A DNA stretch of 64,000 nt from Haliotis rufescens (lineage: Eukaryota): assembly GCF_023055435.1 (NCBI RefSeq), contig NW_025963957.1, positions 7,502,001 to 7,566,000 of the forward strand, read 5' to 3'. The notes under the pieces were generated by a model. The model had not been told where the DNA came from and did not search any database. It saw only the letters and a program-made list of their open reading frames with translations. The number at the start of each line of letters is the position of its first letter. Position 1 is the first letter of the stretch. This document shows, piece by piece, positions 62,255 to 64,000 of the stretch. The translations under genes and the position numbers were made by a program.

Positions 62255-64000
62255 TGACACAAGGACACTTACATTGTTGACACAGGGACACTTACATTGT
62301 TGACACAAGGACACTTACATTGTTGACACAGGGACACTTACATTGTTGACACAGGGACACTTACATTGTTGACACAAGGACACTTACATTGTTGACACAA
62401 GGACACTTACATTGTTGACACAAGGATACTTACATTGTTGACACAAGGACACTTACATTGTTGACACAGGGACACTTACATTGTTGACACAAGGACACTT
62501 ACATTGTTGACACAGGGACACTTATATTGTTGACACAAGGACACTTACATTGTTGACACAGGGACACTTACATTGTTGACACAGGGACACTTACATTGTT
62601 GACACAAGGACACTTACATTGTTGACACAGGGACACTTACATTGTTGACACAGGGACACTGACATTGTTGACACAAGGACACTTACATTGTTGACACAGG
62701 GACACTTACATTGTTGACACAGGGACACTTACATTGTTGACACAAGGACACTTACATTGTTGACAGAGGGACACTTACATTGTTGACACAGGGACACTTA
62801 CATTGTTGACACAAGGACACTTACATTGTTGACACAAGGACACTTACATTGTTGACACAGGGACACTTACATTGTTGACACAAGGACACTTACATTGTTG
62901 ACACAGGGACACTTACATTGTTGACACAGGGACACTTACATTGTTGACACAAGGACACTTACATTGTTGACAAAGGGACACTTACATTGTTGACAAAGAG
63001 ACACTTACATTGTTGACACAAGGACACTAACATTGTTGACACAGGAGCAGATACATTGTTGACACAGGGACACTTACATTGTTGACACAGGGACTCTTAC
63101 ATTGTTGACACAAGGACACTAACATTGTTGACACAGGAGCAGATACATTGTTGACACAGGGACACTTACATTGTTGACACAGGGACTCTTACATTGTTGA
63201 CACAGGGACACTCACATTGTTGACACAGGGACACTTACATTGTTGACACAAGGACACTTACATTGTTGACACAGGGACTCTTACATTGTTGACACAGGGA
63301 CACTTACATTGTTGACACAGGAGCAGATACATTGTTGACACAAGGACACTTACATTGTTGACACAGGGACACTTACATTGTTGACACAGGGACTCTTACA
63401 TTGTTGACAGAGGGACACTTACATTGTTGACACAGGGACACTTACATTGTTGACACAAGGACACTTACATTGTTGACACAGGGACTCTTACATTGTTGAC
63501 ACAGGGACACTTACATTGTTGACACAGGAGCAGATACATTGTTGACACAGGGACACTTACATTGTTGACGCAGGGACACTTACATTGTTGACACAGGGAC
63601 ACTTACATTGTTGACACAAGGACACTTACATTGTTGACACAGGGACACTTACATTGTTGACACAGGGACACTTACATTGTTGACACAGGAGCAGATACAT
63701 TGTTGACACAAGGACACTTACATTGTTGACACAGGGACACTTACATTGTTGACACAGGGACACTTACATTGTTGACACAGGGACACTTACATTGTTGACA
63801 CAGGGACACTTACATTGTTGACACAGGGACACTTACATTGTTGACACAGGGACACTTACATTGTTGACACAAGGACACTTACATTGTTGACACAGGGACA
63901 CTTACATTGTTGACACAGGAGCAGATACATTGTTGACACAGGGACACTTACATTGTTGACACATGGACATTTACATTGTTGACACAGGGACACTTATATT
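62255..64000. repeat. 23-bp minisatellite (gacacagggacacttacattgtt)n running off the window
   Basis: About 75 copies. Confidence 0.97.

Overview
Repeat-rich eukaryotic genomic DNA with spliceosomal introns and no prokaryotic features. The SINE, Penelope and minisatellite content suggests a mollusc, probably a gastropod such as abalone (inference). Most long ORFs in the track are translated minisatellites. Reading splice sites by hand gives three host genes. (1) A complete 7-exon CHST15-like Golgi sulfotransferase (+, 12009-19120, 421 aa). (2) A complete 4-exon secreted protein (-, 35750-30667, 397 aa): signal peptide, His/Ala/Pro-rich segment, 14-aa GIGQGSGLPVDPAL repeats, a 6-Cys module and an 8-Cys WAP domain. 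It is lustrin/perlwapin-like in design, and its first coding exon is itself a 34-bp minisatellite unit. (3) The first exon of a probable ML-domain (GM2A/NPC2-like) gene (-, 1733-1643) with TATA and CLEAR-like motifs. Mobile DNA includes a 14.25-kb Sola-like DNA transposon (40497-54748; ~314-bp TIRs, AGCG TSD) retaining a spliced transposase remnant, and three sequence-distinct non-coding elements sharing a 'long terminal hairpin + sub-terminal inverted repeat' design. There are also Penelope and LINE fragments, a hAT-type MITE, several SINE families, a 4.5-kb satellite born from a SINE, a 2-kb tandem duplication and more than a dozen minisatellites. An assembly gap lies at 31039-31204.
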